From the NCBI RefSeq assembly GCF_009914755.1, contig NC_060934.1: 64,000 nucleotides of DNA; one strand, 5' to 3'. This stretch comes from the human T2T-CHM13v2.0 reference genome, Homo sapiens. Below are positions 37,774 to 61,432 of this stretch, one piece after another. The notes beneath the pieces are model-generated. The model was given only the letters and a program-made list of their open reading frames with translations. It did not search any database and was not told the origin of the DNA. How positions within the stretch are numbered: the first letter of the stretch is position 1; each line of letters begins with the position of its first letter. The position numbers and the translations under genes were made by a program.

Positions 37774-38143
37774 TGATGTGGTTTGGCTGTGTCCCCACCC
37801 AAATCTCAGCTTGCATTGTAATCCCCATAATCCCCACATGTCGAGGGAAGGACTTGGTGGGAGATGATTGAATCATGGGGGTGGTTCCCCCATGCTGTTC
37901 TCATGATAGTGAGGAGTTCTCAAGAGATCTGATGGTTTTGTAAGTGTTTGACAATTTCTCCTTCACACACGCCCTTTCCTGTTGCCTTGTGAAGACGGTG
38001 CTTGCTTCCTTTTTGCCTTCCGCCATGATTGTTAAGTTTCCTGAGTCCTCCCCAGCCATGTATGAGTCAATTAAACCTCTTCCGTTTATAAATTACTCAG
38101 TCTCAGGTATTTCTTTATAGCAGTGTGAGAACAGACTAATACA
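37774..38143 (+). mobile_element. THE1 (THE1D-like) solo LTR
   Basis: TGATGTGGTTTGGCTGTGTCCCCACCCAAATCTCA...GACTAATACA, with 5-bp TSD GATGG/GATAG. Confidence 0.9.
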
Positions 38144-38734
38144 GATAGGAACTCCCAAAACTTGATAGTGTACAACCAGCTTACTTATTAGTATAGTTAG
38201 AAGCATGATTCAGTATTGTAATGAAGTCCCTAGCTAGTGCAACAAGATAAGAAAAACAAAACAAAAAACTAAGTTGTCATTATTTACAGATTAAAATGTC
38301 CATATACAAAATTCAAAAGAATCTGCAGACAAAATGTTAGAAAAATAAAATTCACTAAGGTTGCTAAATAAAAGATAAATATGTAAATTAAAATTTAATA
38401 GTATTCCTATATACCTACAAAAAACAAGTAGAAATTGTAATAGTAAAAAATCCTATTCATAACAGCAAAACATATACACAGCACCTAGGAATAAACATAA
38501 CAAAGGCTATACAACAATTTTACGGAAAAAATTATAAATCTTTACTAAAGGGCACAAAAGAAGGCCTAAATAGAGAAACCATGTTATAAATGGAAAAGCT
38601 CAGCATTCTAGAGATGTCAATTCTCAAATCAATCTATAAATTCAATACCACTCCAATCAACACCCTAACAGGGCTTCTTTTTCCATAGAACCCAGCAAAC
38701 ATCTCAAAACTCACAGTGAATTGTAAAAGGCCAG

Positions 38735-39179
38735 TGTGGTGACTGAATAATGGCTCCCATGAAAATGTCCACCTCTTAAAGGCTGGACCTGTGGATACAT
38801 TACAATAGCAAAAGAGACTTTTCAGATGTGATTAAATTAAGAGACTTGAGATGAGGAGATTATCCCGGATTATTGTGTAGGCCAATCACTAGGGTCCTTC
38901 TAGGAGGGAAGTGGGATGGTCAGAGTGAGAAAGAGGCTATGTGACCAGAGGAGCGGAGAGAGACCAGAAGATGCTGCACTGCTGCCTTGCAGCAGGGGGA
39001 AGGAGCCACGAGCCCAGAAATGTAGGCAGCTTCTAGAAGCTGGAAAAGACGGGGCCATGGCTTCCTAAGAGCCTCCAGGAGGAACACAGACCTCCAGAAC
39101 TGTAAGAGAATAAACTTGTGTTGTTTTCAGCCCCTAAATTGGTGGTAATTTGTTATAACAGCAACAGGAGACTAACACA
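38735..39179 (+). mobile_element. MLT1 (MLT1D-like) solo LTR
   Basis: TGTGG..gaataatggctccc start; gtaatttgttataacagcaacaggagactaacaca end. Confidence 0.8.
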
Positions 39180-40015
39180 GTAAAAAACAGTCAAGTGACT
39201 TAGAAGAATAAGGAGAGAAACTTGCCTTGCAGCTTTCAAGACTTTCTAGAAAACTATTGTGATTTGAGTAATATGGAACTGATGCAGAGTGTGAGACTAA
39301 TGAAACAGAAAGGAGTGATAACCACTACGCTGAGTATGGTATGTCTAGAGCTGGCATTACAAACCAGGAGGAAAAGAATAGACCCTTCAATAAACGGTGC
39401 TGGATAATGCTTATGCACACGATACCTCATTTAATAAAATACCTCATTAATAAAATACATTCTGGCCAGGCCCAGTGGCTCACACCTATAATCCTAGCAC
39501 TTTGGGAGGCTTTGGTGGGTGGATTACTTGAGGTCAGGAGTTTGAGATTAGTCTGGCCAACATGGTGAAACCCCGTCTCTACAAATACAAAAATCAGCTG
39601 AACGTTGTGGTGTGTGTCTGTAATCCCAGCTACGCAGGAGGCTGAGGCAGGAGAATCGCTTGAAACCAGGAGGCAGAAGTTGCAGTGAGCCGAGATCACA
39701 CCACTGTACTCCATCCTGGGCGACAGAGTGAGAGTCCGCCTCAAAAATAAATAAATAAAAAATAAAAATACATTCTGTCAATCAAACATTAAAACTTTTG
39801 AAGAAAATTAGAAGAATGTCTATATCAGGATTAGGATTTGTTGAAAAATTATTGAAATGCTCAAACAGTACAGAAAAGTCAGGTAGAGATCGAGTATGTT
39901 AAAAAAGAAAACTGCTGTATGACAGATAACACCATAACAAGGGTAAGAGACAAGCCACAGACTAGAAGATATTTTCATCACATAAAACTGGCAGAGGATT
40001 ATTATCTAGAAATAA

Positions 40016-40332
<317 letters not shown>

Positions 40333-40350
40333 TAAGAACTAACATAAATT

Positions 40351-40753
<403 letters not shown>

Positions 40754-41531
40754 TTAAGGAAATGAAGATTAAAACTAATTATTTCATATTCAGCAGATGG
40801 GGGAAAATTTTTAATACCACCTAGTGTTGGGAGGATAGGGAGGAATGGGGACTCATATACTACTGGTTGGAATGCAAATTGCATCTTTATAGAGAAATTG
40901 GTTGCTACCTATCAACCTTGAAGAGGCATGTATCTTGGGAGAGCTCCTAGATGTATATCTGAGAGACTCTCAAGGAGGCAGGTACAAGGAGATTGTTTAT
41001 TGCAACAATGTTTATAATAGAAAATTTTAGCCAGGTGCCTATAATCCCAGCACTTTGGGAAGATGAGGCCGGTGGATCACCTGAGATCAGGAGTTTGAGA
41101 CCAGCCTGGCCACTAAAAATACAAAATTACTAAAAATACTACTAAAAATACAAAATTAGCTGGGCATGGTGACGCATGCCTGTAATCTCAGCTACTCAGG
41201 AGGCAAGGCTGGAGAATCGCTTGAACCCAGGAGGCAGAGGCTACAGTGAGCAGAGATTTCAACACTGCACTCCAGCCAGGGCGACAAGAGCAAAACTCCG
41301 TCTCAAAAAAAAAAAAGAAAAAGAAAAAGAAAATACTGGAAACAACCTGAGTGTCCTTCAGTAAGGAAGGGATAACTGTGGCTTATTATACAAAGGAATG
41401 CTATTCAGCAGTTCGAATGCATGAATTATAGCTACATGGATCCAAAGGATCAATGTTGGACTGTGTTTCCCATAAGAAAAAAACTGTAAACTGATCTAAG
41501 AGTTATATCATTCGTGTCAGTTTTACCCTCA

Positions 41532-41918
<387 letters not shown>

Positions 41919-43626
41919 CTACAAGCTGACCTTGATGACAGGTCACACTCTGAGGATGGAGAGGCAGAAACAGCATCGTAAGGACTCCAGTGTGGCTTTT
42001 ATGTGAAGCCACCATACTGGCTCCTGAAAGGCCTCCCTATGTCAGGGCTGTTATATGAGAATAAACTCTTGTATTCAAGCCACTCTCGTGGGGTTTCTGT
42101 TACTCCTGGGGGAATGCCAACTGCTAACTGACACAGCTTCCATATTGTGGGGTCTGACCTAAGCAGACCTGTACTATGATTTTAGTGATTCAATTTTACC
42201 TTTGGTCCCATATTTTGAATGTCAGTTGGGGGATGTTTATTCACAAGACTGCAGATTGCAGACTCCACCACCACCCATGAAGTAATAGAGCATGCATTTT
42301 ATAATTTCTCTATAGTTTTTTTTTAATTTTTAAATTTTTTTGTAGAGATGGGATCTTGCTGTGTTGGCCAGGCTGGTCTTGAATTCCTGGCCTCAAGTGA
42401 TCCTCCTGCCTCAGTCTCCCAAAGTACTGGGATTACAGGTTTGAGCCACCACACACAACCTATCTGTAGTTTTTAAAAAATTATTAAGTAAAGGGTTGAC
42501 AACACCAAGTACAATACCTTCTGTAGATAAAATATACCCAAATATTAATATAATATCTCCTTAAAAATCATTGAAAACACATACATTTATTTTGTAGCTA
42601 CTATTATAAGGCGGGAAAGTTTATATTTTCTTTATAGCTGGCACCAGAATACTTTTGACAGAAAAACAAAACAAAACGACAACAAAAAAACAAACAACAA
42701 CAAAACACCTGTTTCTGTTGGGAAAATCTATTTGTGTGCTTGGGGTGGAAGCTGCTTCCCTAGAGCCTGAGTATTGGCCGCCCCCAGGCTTGAGGAAATT
42801 GAAAACTCCTGTGCATTAGAGAGGAGAGAATTTCCTAACTCCAGGGTTCCTTTTTGTGGGAGGTGGAAGTTTGAGGTGGGATTTGCTGTGTGATAAAGAC
42901 TTCCCTGGGAACCTACTTGTTCACAGCTCACAGAGTGTGAATGTGAGGCATGCCAACTCTGATGGCAGAAACTTAGGGCCAAATAGAGGGAGTAGGAGCA
43001 GTGGCAGAAACAAAGGGCCTACCTGTAGCCAGTGTCTTGATGACATTTTGGGGTTCCTCCTGACATCCTCGGAGATAAATGACTCTAGGACATAGCCGGA
43101 AGTTCATGATCACTATGGCTGCCAAAGCCATGGACTCAGGTGCCGGAGAGTGGGAAAGTATTACAGACAATTTCATTTTTAAATATGAGAGCCAAAATTC
43201 TCAATAAAATATTCATAAAGATAATTTAAAAGTACATTAAAATAGTAATATAGATCAACTAAGTGAGATTCATCTCAGGAACACAAAAACTCAAAAAAAT
43301 TTTTAATGCAAAAATGTTAAGAAATCTATGAATATAACTCATATTCATTTGTTAAGAAGGAAAAATACGATTATCTCCACAGACGCCAAAAACTGGAACC
43401 ACTTTCTCCAGCTTTCCTCCCAACCGGGAGACAGGAAATAAAATGGCAAGTGGAAGGCCGCGATTTCTGTTCTTATGCAAAACTCATCCTTGGATTCCTA
43501 TGTCCTGTTTGGCCCACCACTTTCTTGTTGGGTATATTAGGGTGATTCTTAAGGAATTCCCTGCTCTCCCCCACCTCCGTTCCTTTTTTAAAATTATTTA
43601 TTTATTTATTTATTTATTTAATTTGA

Positions 43627-43924
<298 letters not shown>

Positions 43925-43927
43925 TAA

Positions 43928-43991
43928 AGGGGCCACGCTAATCTTCTCTGTATTATTCCAATTTTAGTATATGTGCTGCTGAGGTGAGTAC
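43928..43991 (-). pseudogene. U6 snRNA retropseudogene, 3'-truncated (U6 nt ~1-64)
   Basis: Minus strand reads GTACTCACCTCAGCAGCACATATACTAAAATTGGAATAATACAGAGAAGATTAGCGTGGCCCCT, including the ACAGAGA box. Confidence 0.93.
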
Positions 43992-44741
43992 GACATCTGT
44001 TCCCCTTATACTGCTGCTGGGAGTGGGAATGGGATGAGTCAGGAGCACCTAGAACCTGCTTGGTCAAGAGGATAATGGGACTCTCCCACATCACTCTTAC
44101 TCTTGATGGGAATTTTTAAAGATTATAATATAAGTAAGACCAATCCCTCCATGCCCTGTCCACAAGTACCTTTTGTAATTGCTACTGCATTATTTTGCTG
44201 CTTTTAAACCACTTCTCTATTTTGTTGTGAATTTTGAGGAGGTACCTCATTGGAGTCTCTCCCCATTTTACCACCGAGGTCTAGAATATGCACTAATTTA
44301 AAAAGAGAAATTGGCAACTTTCGTGGGAGGGTGAGGGATCCTTGACAGTCACATATAGATTGATTAAGACCCTATTCTGCTTTTCCCATGGAATGGGAAC
44401 TTCTGGAGCCTGTGGTCCTACTATGAGCCTGGCTATCAGGCAATCACAAAGCTCCTATTTGAGGTAAGAAGACACCAGAGGCCAGGCACAGTGGCTCACA
44501 CCTGTAGTCCCAGAGATTTGGGAGGCCGAAGTGGGAGGATCACTTGAGGCCAGGAGTTTGAGACTTGCCTGGGCAACGTAGCAAGATGCTATCTCTATTA
44601 AAAAAAAAATTAGCCAGGCAGGCTAGGCACAGTGGCTCACCCCTGTAATCCCAGCACTTTGGGACGCCAAGGTGGGTGGATCACCTGAGGTCGGGAGTTC
44701 AAGACCAGCCTGACCAACATGGAGAAGCCCCATCTCTACTA

Positions 44742-45048
<307 letters not shown>

Positions 45049-45487
45049 TCACTTTAAAAAAAAGAAAAATTCAGAAATCAGATACTTTATAGGGAAGGCA
45101 GGACAGGAACTGAAGATAGGCCTTTTTATCTGTCTTTGGAACTTGCCACAAAATATTGCAGTAATGACAGCCCCTGAGGCAGAGAAGCGAAAGGGATTTA
45201 AGAAGGAATTTCTGGAGCCACACATTCAGAACATTAAATGGATTTAGAGTTGTCACCAACTGGTTCTGGTGGCAGGATGCCCAAACACATTCAGATGGGA
45301 ACCAGCAGTAATGAGTATTGTCAGGAATCATCTGTTAGATTTCTAAACACACATGAACGGGAAGGAGGAAGGACCTCTGTATAGCAGTGAAACCAGAGAG
45401 ACTTGTGCCTCAAGCCTGGGCTACTCAATCAGACACTCTAGGAAACATGTATTTTTACAAAGCTCTACAGACAATTCTGTTACCCAG

Positions 45488-45893
45488 TGCTACGGTTTAA
45501 TGTGTCTGGCAAATGCCAGGTGTTGGAACTGAATCCCCAGTGTGGCAGTCGTGAGGGGCAGGGCCTTTAAGAGGCGATTGGGTCATGAGGGCTCTGCTCT
45601 TATGAATGGATTAACCCATTCATGGGTTCATGGGTTAATGGATTAATGGTTATCATGGGAGTGGCACTGGTGGCTTTATAAGAGGAAGAGAGCCTTGAGC
45701 TAGCACACGCAGCCCCTTCCACTGGGCGACACCCTCACAACTCCGCAGTCTCCACCAGCAAGAAGGCTTCTACCAGATGCTGACCCTTGACCTTGGACTT
45801 CTCAGCCTACACTGTAAGAAGTAAATTCCTTTCCTTCAGAAATTTCCCAGTTGCAGGTATTCTGTTATAAGCAACAGAAAATGGACTAAGACA
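45488..45893 (+). mobile_element. MST-family (MaLR) solo LTR inserted in a MER5-like fragment
   Basis: TGCTACGGTTT...gggtcatgagggctctgc...ggactaagaca, with TSD CCCAG/CCCTG. Confidence 0.8.
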
Positions 45894-45962
45894 CCCTGAC
45901 AGAGCTGAGAACTGCTTCAGTAGAGGCTCTTCTTTTCCTCACCCATTGTGATCAGGGACTCA

Positions 45963-46287
<325 letters not shown>

Positions 46288-46603
46288 TCAAAAACAAAGA
46301 AACAAAAAACATAATCATCGGCCAAGCACAGTGGCTCACGCCAGTAATCCCAACATTTTGGGAGGCTGAAGCAGGTAGATCCTTTGAGGCCAGGAGTTCA
46401 AGACCAGTCTGGGCAAGAATCACACCACTGCACTTTGGCCTGTGTGACAGAGTGAGACTCTGTCTCTTAAAAACAAAAATAAAAGGCCGGGAGCCGTGGC
46501 TCACGCCTGTAATCCCAGCACTTTGGGAGGCTGAGGCGGGTGGAGCACGAGGTCAGGAGATCAAGACCATCTTGGCTAACACGGTGAAACCCCGTCTCTA
46601 CTA

Positions 46604-51110
<4,507 letters not shown>

Positions 51111-51114
51111 ACAC

Positions 51115-52288
<1,174 letters not shown>

Positions 52289-52826
52289 ATATCTCAGGTC
52301 CTTTGGAGCTTAAAATCAAGTTATCTGACCAGACCTATGATCTGATTTCTTTTGAGAACTTAGAAGAAAACTTAGAATGAAATAACAAGAACAAGCCATG
52401 GGAATGTTGGGAAAATGAGAGGCTGGAGTTGGATGTTTTGATCCTCAGAATCCTCACTTAACAAATGAGGAGTAAAACACTGTATATATAGTGTATGTCT
52501 CTATATACAGATATACAGAGTTGCTGGATTAATGTATTTGGGACATTCTTAGGTTAAAAAATTAATTTTTAAATCTGAACTGTAAATATTACTGGGTGTC
52601 CTGTATTTTTATTTGCTAAATCTGGCAGCCTTAGTAATTTTAAACAAAAAAATTAAATATAATGTTTGCTAAAAAATAGACTCTATTAATCAATTTCAAT
52701 CATTTTCTCCAAAACCTTCCTAGGAGAAATTACTGTTTTAAGAGGGCCAAGGTGTTTAAGTCGCGCTGACTAAAATTTGCTAACTGACCTCTAGAGGGAG
52801 CCAAATTGATAAAGAAACCGAAATGA

Positions 52827-53045
<219 letters not shown>

Positions 53046-53727
53046 TAGTAGTGACTTTTAGTATTTTTCGTAGACATGACCGGGCGCGGTGGCTCACGCC
53101 TGTAATCCCAGCACTTTGGGAGGCTGAGGCGGGCGGATCACGAGGTCAGGAGATTGAGACCATCCTGGCTAACATGGTGAAACCCCGTCTCTACTAAAAA
53201 AAATACAAAAAAAATTAGCCGGGTGTGGTGGTGGGCGCCTGTAGTCCCAGTTACTCAGGAGGCTGAGGCAGGAGAATTGCTTTAACTAGGGAGGCGAAGG
53301 TTACAGTGAGCCGAGTTTTTGCCACTGCACTCTAGCCTGGCGACAGAGCAAGACTCCGTCTCAAACAACAACAACAACAACAAAATGATGCCATTATAAC
53401 AATCTATGACCCAGCCAGGTTTGTCTCAAAATATAAAGAGGGAGAGGCCGGGCACGGTGGCTCACACCTGTAATCCTAGCACTTTGGGTGGCAGAGGTGG
53501 GCAGATCACTTGAGGCCAGGAGTTCGAGACCAGCTTGGTCAACATGATGAAACCCCGTCTCCAGTAAAAATACAAAAATTAGCCGGGCGTGATGGTGCGC
53601 ACCTTTAATCTCAGCTACTCAGGAGGCTGAGGCAAGAGAATTGCTTGAACCTGGGAGACAGAGGTTGCAGTGAGCCGAGATCATGCCACCATACTCCAGC
53701 CTGGGCAAGAGAGTGACAGTCCATCTC

Positions 53728-53758
<31 letters not shown>

Positions 53759-54316
53759 CAGCATTTGGGGCCGAGTGTGGTGGCTCATACCCGTAGTCCC
53801 AGCATTTTGGGAGGCCAAGGCAGGAGGATCCTTGAGGCCACAAGTTCAATGCCAGGCTGTGCAACATCTCTACAAAAAACACATTAGCTGGGCATGGTGT
53901 TTCATGCTGGTAGTCCCAACTACTCAGGAGGCTGAGGCAGGAGGATCACTTGAGCCCAAGAGTTGGAGGCTGCAGTGAACTATGCACCACTGCACCCCAG
54001 CCTGGGTGACAAAGACCCTGTTTCATTTAAAAAATAATAATTTTAATGAATTATTTAATTCAAATAAAGAGGGAACACTTGGAATTTAGAAAACCCTATC
54101 TCTTCAAAAGCCTATTTTGCAAGTCTGTGGTCTCAGAAAATTTCAAAAGCAAAGACTAGACTGCAAAAATTGAACATTTACTCTTTCTCTTTGCCTTTTT
54201 TTTTTTCTTTGACAGAGTCTCACTCTGTCTCCCAGGCTGGAGTGCAGTGGCACGATCTTGTGCCTCAGCCTCCTGAGTAGCTGGGACTACAGGTGTGCGC
54301 CACCACACCTGGCTAA

Positions 54317-54496
<180 letters not shown>

Positions 54497-55771
54497 TGAT
54501 GCCAACAGAATAAGGAAAGGTCATATACATGTCGGGGGACCCAAGCATATTATGTATTTAATATCCCAATAATGACCCTTACAATGTTATTCAGTGTCAC
54601 AGCCAATCTGGCTTCATCAAGTACCTTTTTTTTTTTTTAAGAGAGATGGGGTCTTGATATGTTGTCCAGGCTGTAGTGCAGTGGCTATTCACAGATGTGA
54701 TCATAGCACACTGTGGGCTCTAACTCCTGGGCTGAAAGTGACCCCCTCCCACCTGAGCCTCCCCAGTAGCTCTCTGCTAATTTCTTTTCTTTTTTTTTTC
54801 TTTTTGAGACAAGGTCTTGCTTTGTCACCCAGGCTGGGGTGCAGTGGCTATTCACAGGCATGATCATAGTGCATTGCAGCCTCAACCTACCAGACTCAAG
54901 TGGTCCACCCATCTCAGTCTCCTGAGTAGCTGGAACTACAGGCACATGCCAGCACACTTGGCTATTTTTTTTTTTTTTTTTTGGTAGAGACAGGGTCCCA
55001 CTTTGTTGCTCTGGCTGATCTTGAACTCCTGGGATTAAGCAGTCCTCCCACCTCAGCCTCCCACACTGCTAGGATTACAAGTATGAGCCACCACACCTAG
55101 CTCCTGCTAATTAAAAAAAATGTTTTTTAGAAACAGGGCCTGGCTATGTTGTCTCAAACTCCTGGCCTCAAGCAATTCTCCTGCCTCAGCCTCCTGAGTA
55201 GGTGGTACCACAAGTGCATGCCACCATGCCCGGCCTCAAGTACTTTCCTATGTCTAATGTTTAGCCAGTAGTTATTCAAATCCAAGCAAAGAAAAATAAT
55301 TCCTAACCTCTTAGCACTCACATTCTTGATTAGAATATATGCCATGTCCCTATTATCTGGAGGTCATCCTTTGGGGCCACTCTAACCCTCCACAAACATC
55401 AGAAAAAAAAAACAATGGAAAATATTCCTCAGTGCCTGAAGTAACTATAGTAGAAGATGATTTAACCAGCAGTCTAACTGGTAAACAAATTGTTCTAAAA
55501 TAATTTTCATGTGATCATCCATTGTTAAAAATTAGGTCATTGCAGGCTGGGAGAGGTGGCTCACGCCTGTAATCTCAGCACTTTGGGAGGTGGGTCACTT
55601 GAGGCCAGGAGTTCGAGACCAGCCTGGCCAACAGATGAAACCCCGTCTCTACTAAAAATTCAAAAATTGGCCGGGCACGGTGGCTCAATCCTGTAATCCC
55701 TGCACTTTGGGAGGCTAAGACAGGTGGATCACGAGGTCAGGAGATCGAGACCATCCTGGCTAACACGGTTA

Positions 55772-56005
<234 letters not shown>

Positions 56006-56679
56006 TCAGGAGACTGAGACAAGAGAATCACTTGAACCTGGGAGGCAGAAGCTGCAGTGAGCCAAGATTGCGTCACTGCACCCCAGCCTGGGTGACAGAG
56101 CGAGACTCTGTCTCAAAACAAACAAGCAACAACAACAACAAAACCACATCCAAAGATATTAGAGATAGATCAATATTTAAAATTTATTTGTTATTGTTTA
56201 GAGACAGAGTCTCGCTCTGTCACCCAGGCTGGAGTGCAGTGACATGATCATAGCTTACTGTACCCTCCAACTCCTGGGCTCAAGCAACCTTCCTGCCTTA
56301 GCCTCTCAAAGCACTGGGATTACAGTTGTGAGCCACCATGCCTGGCCTGACTTAAAACATTGTAATCATTATGCTCTTTTAGAATTAAGATATTTAAACT
56401 TCAGATATATTCATCATTGAAATAGGTCAAGTTGCAGATTTTCTGGGTAATACATTTATTTTATGAAAACCAATAACCTGAAATGATGCACTTGATTGGG
56501 TGGACAGCAAAACTATGTCTGCTATTATATACTATATACTAGGATGCAAGTTCTATGAAAGCCAAAACTTTGTTTTGTTCAGCCCTTCATCCCTGCCACC
56601 AAGAACAGAGTCTGATATATAATAAATGCAAAATAAATGTTTTTTGAATGAATTAATGCATGCTAACTCATTTTTCAAA

Positions 56680-57620
56680 ATTTATGTTTAATTGTGGCAA
56701 TATACACATAGCATAAAATTTAACATCTTAAAATTTAACATTTTTTTGTTGTTTTTTCGTTTGTTTATTTGTTTTTTGAGACAAGGTCTCACGGTCACCC
56801 AGACTGCAGTGCAGTGGGGCAATCTCAGCTTACCAGTCTCCACTTCCCGAGTTCAAGTGATCCTCCCACCTCAGCCCCCCAAGTAGCTGGGACTACATGC
56901 ACATGCTACTATGCCCGGCTAATTTTTGTATTTTTAGTAGAGACGGGGTTTTGCTATGTTGGCCAGGCTAGTCTTGAACTCCCGAGCTCAAGCGATCCAC
57001 CCACCTTGACCTCCCAAAGTGCTGGGATTACAGGTGTGAGCTACCGCGCCCAGCCAACATCTTAACCATTTTTAAGTGTACAGTTTAGTTTGTCTTGCAA
57101 TACTGAATCTCTATACCCATTAAACAACAATGCTCCACTTTTCCTCCCTTCAGTCCCCAGAAACCACCTTCTACTTTCTATCTCTATGAAGATAGAGAAC
57201 TCGAGGTACCTCATATCAGTGTAATTACACAGCATGTGTCCTTTTGTGACTGGCTTATTTCACATAGCATAGTATTCTCAAGGTTCATCCATGTGGCATG
57301 TCAGAATTTCCTTCCTTTTCAAGGCTGAGTAATATTCCACTGCATGGATATATCACCTTTTCTTTATCCATTCGTCCATTGATAGACACTTGGGCTGTGT
57401 CCATCTTTTGGCTATTGTGAATAATGTTATATGAAAATAGATGTTCAAATGCTGAAGATCTTCCTTTCAATTTTTTTGATGGGTGGGGGGTTTTATATCC
57501 AGGGGTGTCATTGCTGAATCATGTGGTAATTCCATTTTTAACTTTTTGAAGACCTTCCATACTGTTTTCCATAATGGCTGCACCATTTTACATTTTCTCC
57601 CACCATGCACGAGCATGTTT
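56680..57620 (-). mobile_element. L1M (L1MB-like) 3' region with an inserted Alu
   Basis: Minus-strand translation MVQPLWKTVWKVFKKLKMELPHD matches the L1 ORF2 C-terminus; tggcttatttcacatagcat 3'UTR motif. Confidence 0.85.
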
Positions 57621-58093
57621 CTAACTCCTAAGTTTGGTGATCTGGTTTCTAGGTGTGGTGCCGAGGAGCAGCAGGACATTAGGAGGTGTTAGCAGGTAAA
57701 ACAACAGGACAAAGTATCATCTGGCAATCTACTACTGAGAGACAAGAATTCCAAGAAGCAAAATTAGTACTAGATTATTACGATATTCAATCACGATGCT
57801 TTCAGTGGTGTTCTGGAGATGCCATGAAAAAAGTTATGTTGTTTTTTCACTGTACAAGGAGGCAGGCATCTATCTATTTCAGAAAGACATTCATTGATTC
57901 TCAATTATGTAAGTATTGTCATACTTAATTTTGTTGTTTAAAAAACTAAGACTTCTAACAAATATGGTGAAATTTTCAGCCGGATGCAGTGGCTCACGCC
58001 TGTAATCCCAGCAATTTGGGAGGGTGAGGCAGGTGGATCATGAGGTCAGGCGTTCAACACTAGCCTGGCCAGCATAGTGAAACCCCGTCTCTA

Positions 58094-58318
<225 letters not shown>

Positions 58319-58424
58319 TTATCCAGAAATGTCACTTATAGGGGATGTATCCCTTCTCTATGATGCCCCATTAGTGGGATGTTACTGCTTCCATATACAA
58401 TAATGAATCATATGGATACACTCC

Positions 58425-58815
58425 CGTATTGTTCATTCTTGAACTGTTATAAATACATACTTGAGACTGAGTAATTTATAAAGAAAAGAGGTTTAATTGG
58501 CTTATGGTTCCACAGGTTATACAGAAAGCATGATTCTATCATCTGCTCGGCTTCTGGAGAGGCCTCAGGAAACTTACAATCATGGCGGAAGGGGAAGGGG
58601 GAGCCCACAGGTTACATGGCCGGAGGAGCAAGAGCGAGAAAGGGGAGTTGCCATGCACTTTAAAACAACCCGATCTTGCGAGAACTAGCACCAAGGGGCT
58701 GGGGGTAAAACATTCTGCCCCATGATCCAATCACTTCCACCGGTCCCCACCGCCAACACTGGGGATTACAGTTTGACATGAAATCTAGGCGGGGACACAG
58801 ATCCAAACCATACCA
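58425..58815 (-). mobile_element. MSTA-like solo LTR
   Basis: gagactgagtaatttataaagaaaagaggtttaattggct...gggacacagatccaaaccatacca. Confidence 0.85.
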
Positions 58816-60283
58816 CCTCCCAAATATAAAATGTGATGCTATAAGGACAAATACTAAGCTACAATGATATTTTTAGTTCATAGTGTTTGTCATTGTGAAA
58901 TGTTTATTGATTAAGAGGAAATCTGGCCAGACACAGTGGCTCACGCCTGTAATCCCAGCACTTTGGGAGGCTGAGGCGGGTGGATCATCTGAGGTCAAGA
59001 ATTCGAGATCAGCCTGGCCAACATGGTGAAACCCCGTCTCTACTAAAAATACAAAAATTAGCCGGGCATGTTAGCACACGCCTGTGATCTCGGCTATTCG
59101 GGAAGCTGAGGCAGGATAATCTCTTGAACCCAGGAGGCGGAGGTTGCCGTGAGCTGAGAACGCACCACTGCACTCCAGCCTGGGTGACGGAGCGAGACGC
59201 CATCTCAAAAAAGAAAAAAAAAGAAAAAGAAAAGAAAGAAAAGAAGGAATCTATTTAGCAAAGAAAAGCCTTGGGAAGTAAGTTGATCTTTAGACATGTG
59301 TGAAATAGGATACTTGAGGGTGAGGATAAAAATCAGGGTATTCTAGGTTTCCTGAAGCTGTATCCTTTTTCCATTCAACTCATCTTTCATCAACCCAAAT
59401 TTACAGGCCAAATCATTGAAGAATGACAAGTCTAACCTCTAATTACCATGGCGGGTAGAGCGGGGAGGAGATGGTGCACTGTACACAGAGCACCAGGAAC
59501 CCAAGGGAAGTTAGGGGAGATCCAGGCCCTGAGGAGGGCCATGACCTAGTGATGACACACAAGGGGCATTATTACAGTGTACGCAGGATGACCCTGGAAG
59601 GGATGGGTGGGTGGGAGTCAGGAGAGATGTGAGCCTCGTACCAGGAAGATCATACTGAGGCCACCAGGTTGAGAGCCGCCTGGCTGGGGGGCTTGTCCGG
59701 GGACAGCAGGGGCAGAGGCATGGAGGTGAGCTCTGTGTGACAGGAGCCAGGCCTGAGAACGCTTGGGGAGGAGGGGGACTGAGGAGTTAGGAGTCATGTT
59801 TGTGAAAAGCTTGCTTGGGCGGTGCACTAGCAGAGACTGCAGCCAGGAGACTTGAGAGGTCAGGGAACAGGGCATGATCTAGAGAAGGTGTGGAAATTGA
59901 GAATAGGGCCAGGCACAGTGGCTCATGCATGTAATCCCAGCACTTTGGGAGGCTGAGGTGGGAGAATCACTGGAGCCCAGCAGTTCAAGAACAACATAGT
60001 GAGACCCTGTGTCTACAAAAAGTTTAAAAATTAGCCAGGCACGGTGGTGCACACCTGTAGTCCCAGCTACTTGGGGAGGCTGAGGTGGGAGGATCACTTG
60101 AGCCCAGGAGTTTGAGGCTGCAGTGAGCTAGGATTGCACCACTGCACTCCAGCCTGGGTGACAGAGTGAGACCTTGTCTCTAGATAAAGAAATAAATGAA
60201 AAAAATCACACCTGTAATCCCAGCACTTTGGGAGGCTGAGGCGGGCGGATCACAACGTCAGGAGATCGAGACCATCCTGGCTA

Positions 60284-60640
<357 letters not shown>

Positions 60641-60703
60641 TCACCATCACTTTATGTGCAACACTTGGGGTTCCTTGGAAAAGCAAGGTCCTTGCTCTTC
60701 TAG

Positions 60704-60806
60704 GTTCACAGCCAGGAAATCGTGCAGTGAACCTGTCCCCTCCGGTCACAACATCAAGAGCTGAACTGGGACTAGAAGTCATCGCCCCAGAGCTTTTTGC
60801 TACCAG
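60704..60806 (+). other. Candidate 103-nt non-coding exon
   Basis: CCTTGCTCTTCTAG| acceptor and CCAG|GTGAGC donor. Confidence 0.45.
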
Positions 60807-60949
60807 GTGAGCCTTGACCCTGTCATTTCCCAGTGCTAAAAATTATTTCCCTTCCTAGAAAAACCTTTTGTGTCTAATAAATGCTTTGTGTTTTAACAGG
60901 CAGTAGGTTGTGGGGACTGGCAGTGGAGGAACACACCCACTGAAAATCA

Positions 60950-61432
<483 letters not shown>

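Noticed and set aside
42856-43095. Faint resemblance of ...CLDDILGFLLTSSEINDSR to a V-ATPase G subunit C-terminus
   Set aside because: Too few identities, no matching upstream region and no poly(A)/TSD; a pseudogene call is unsupported.
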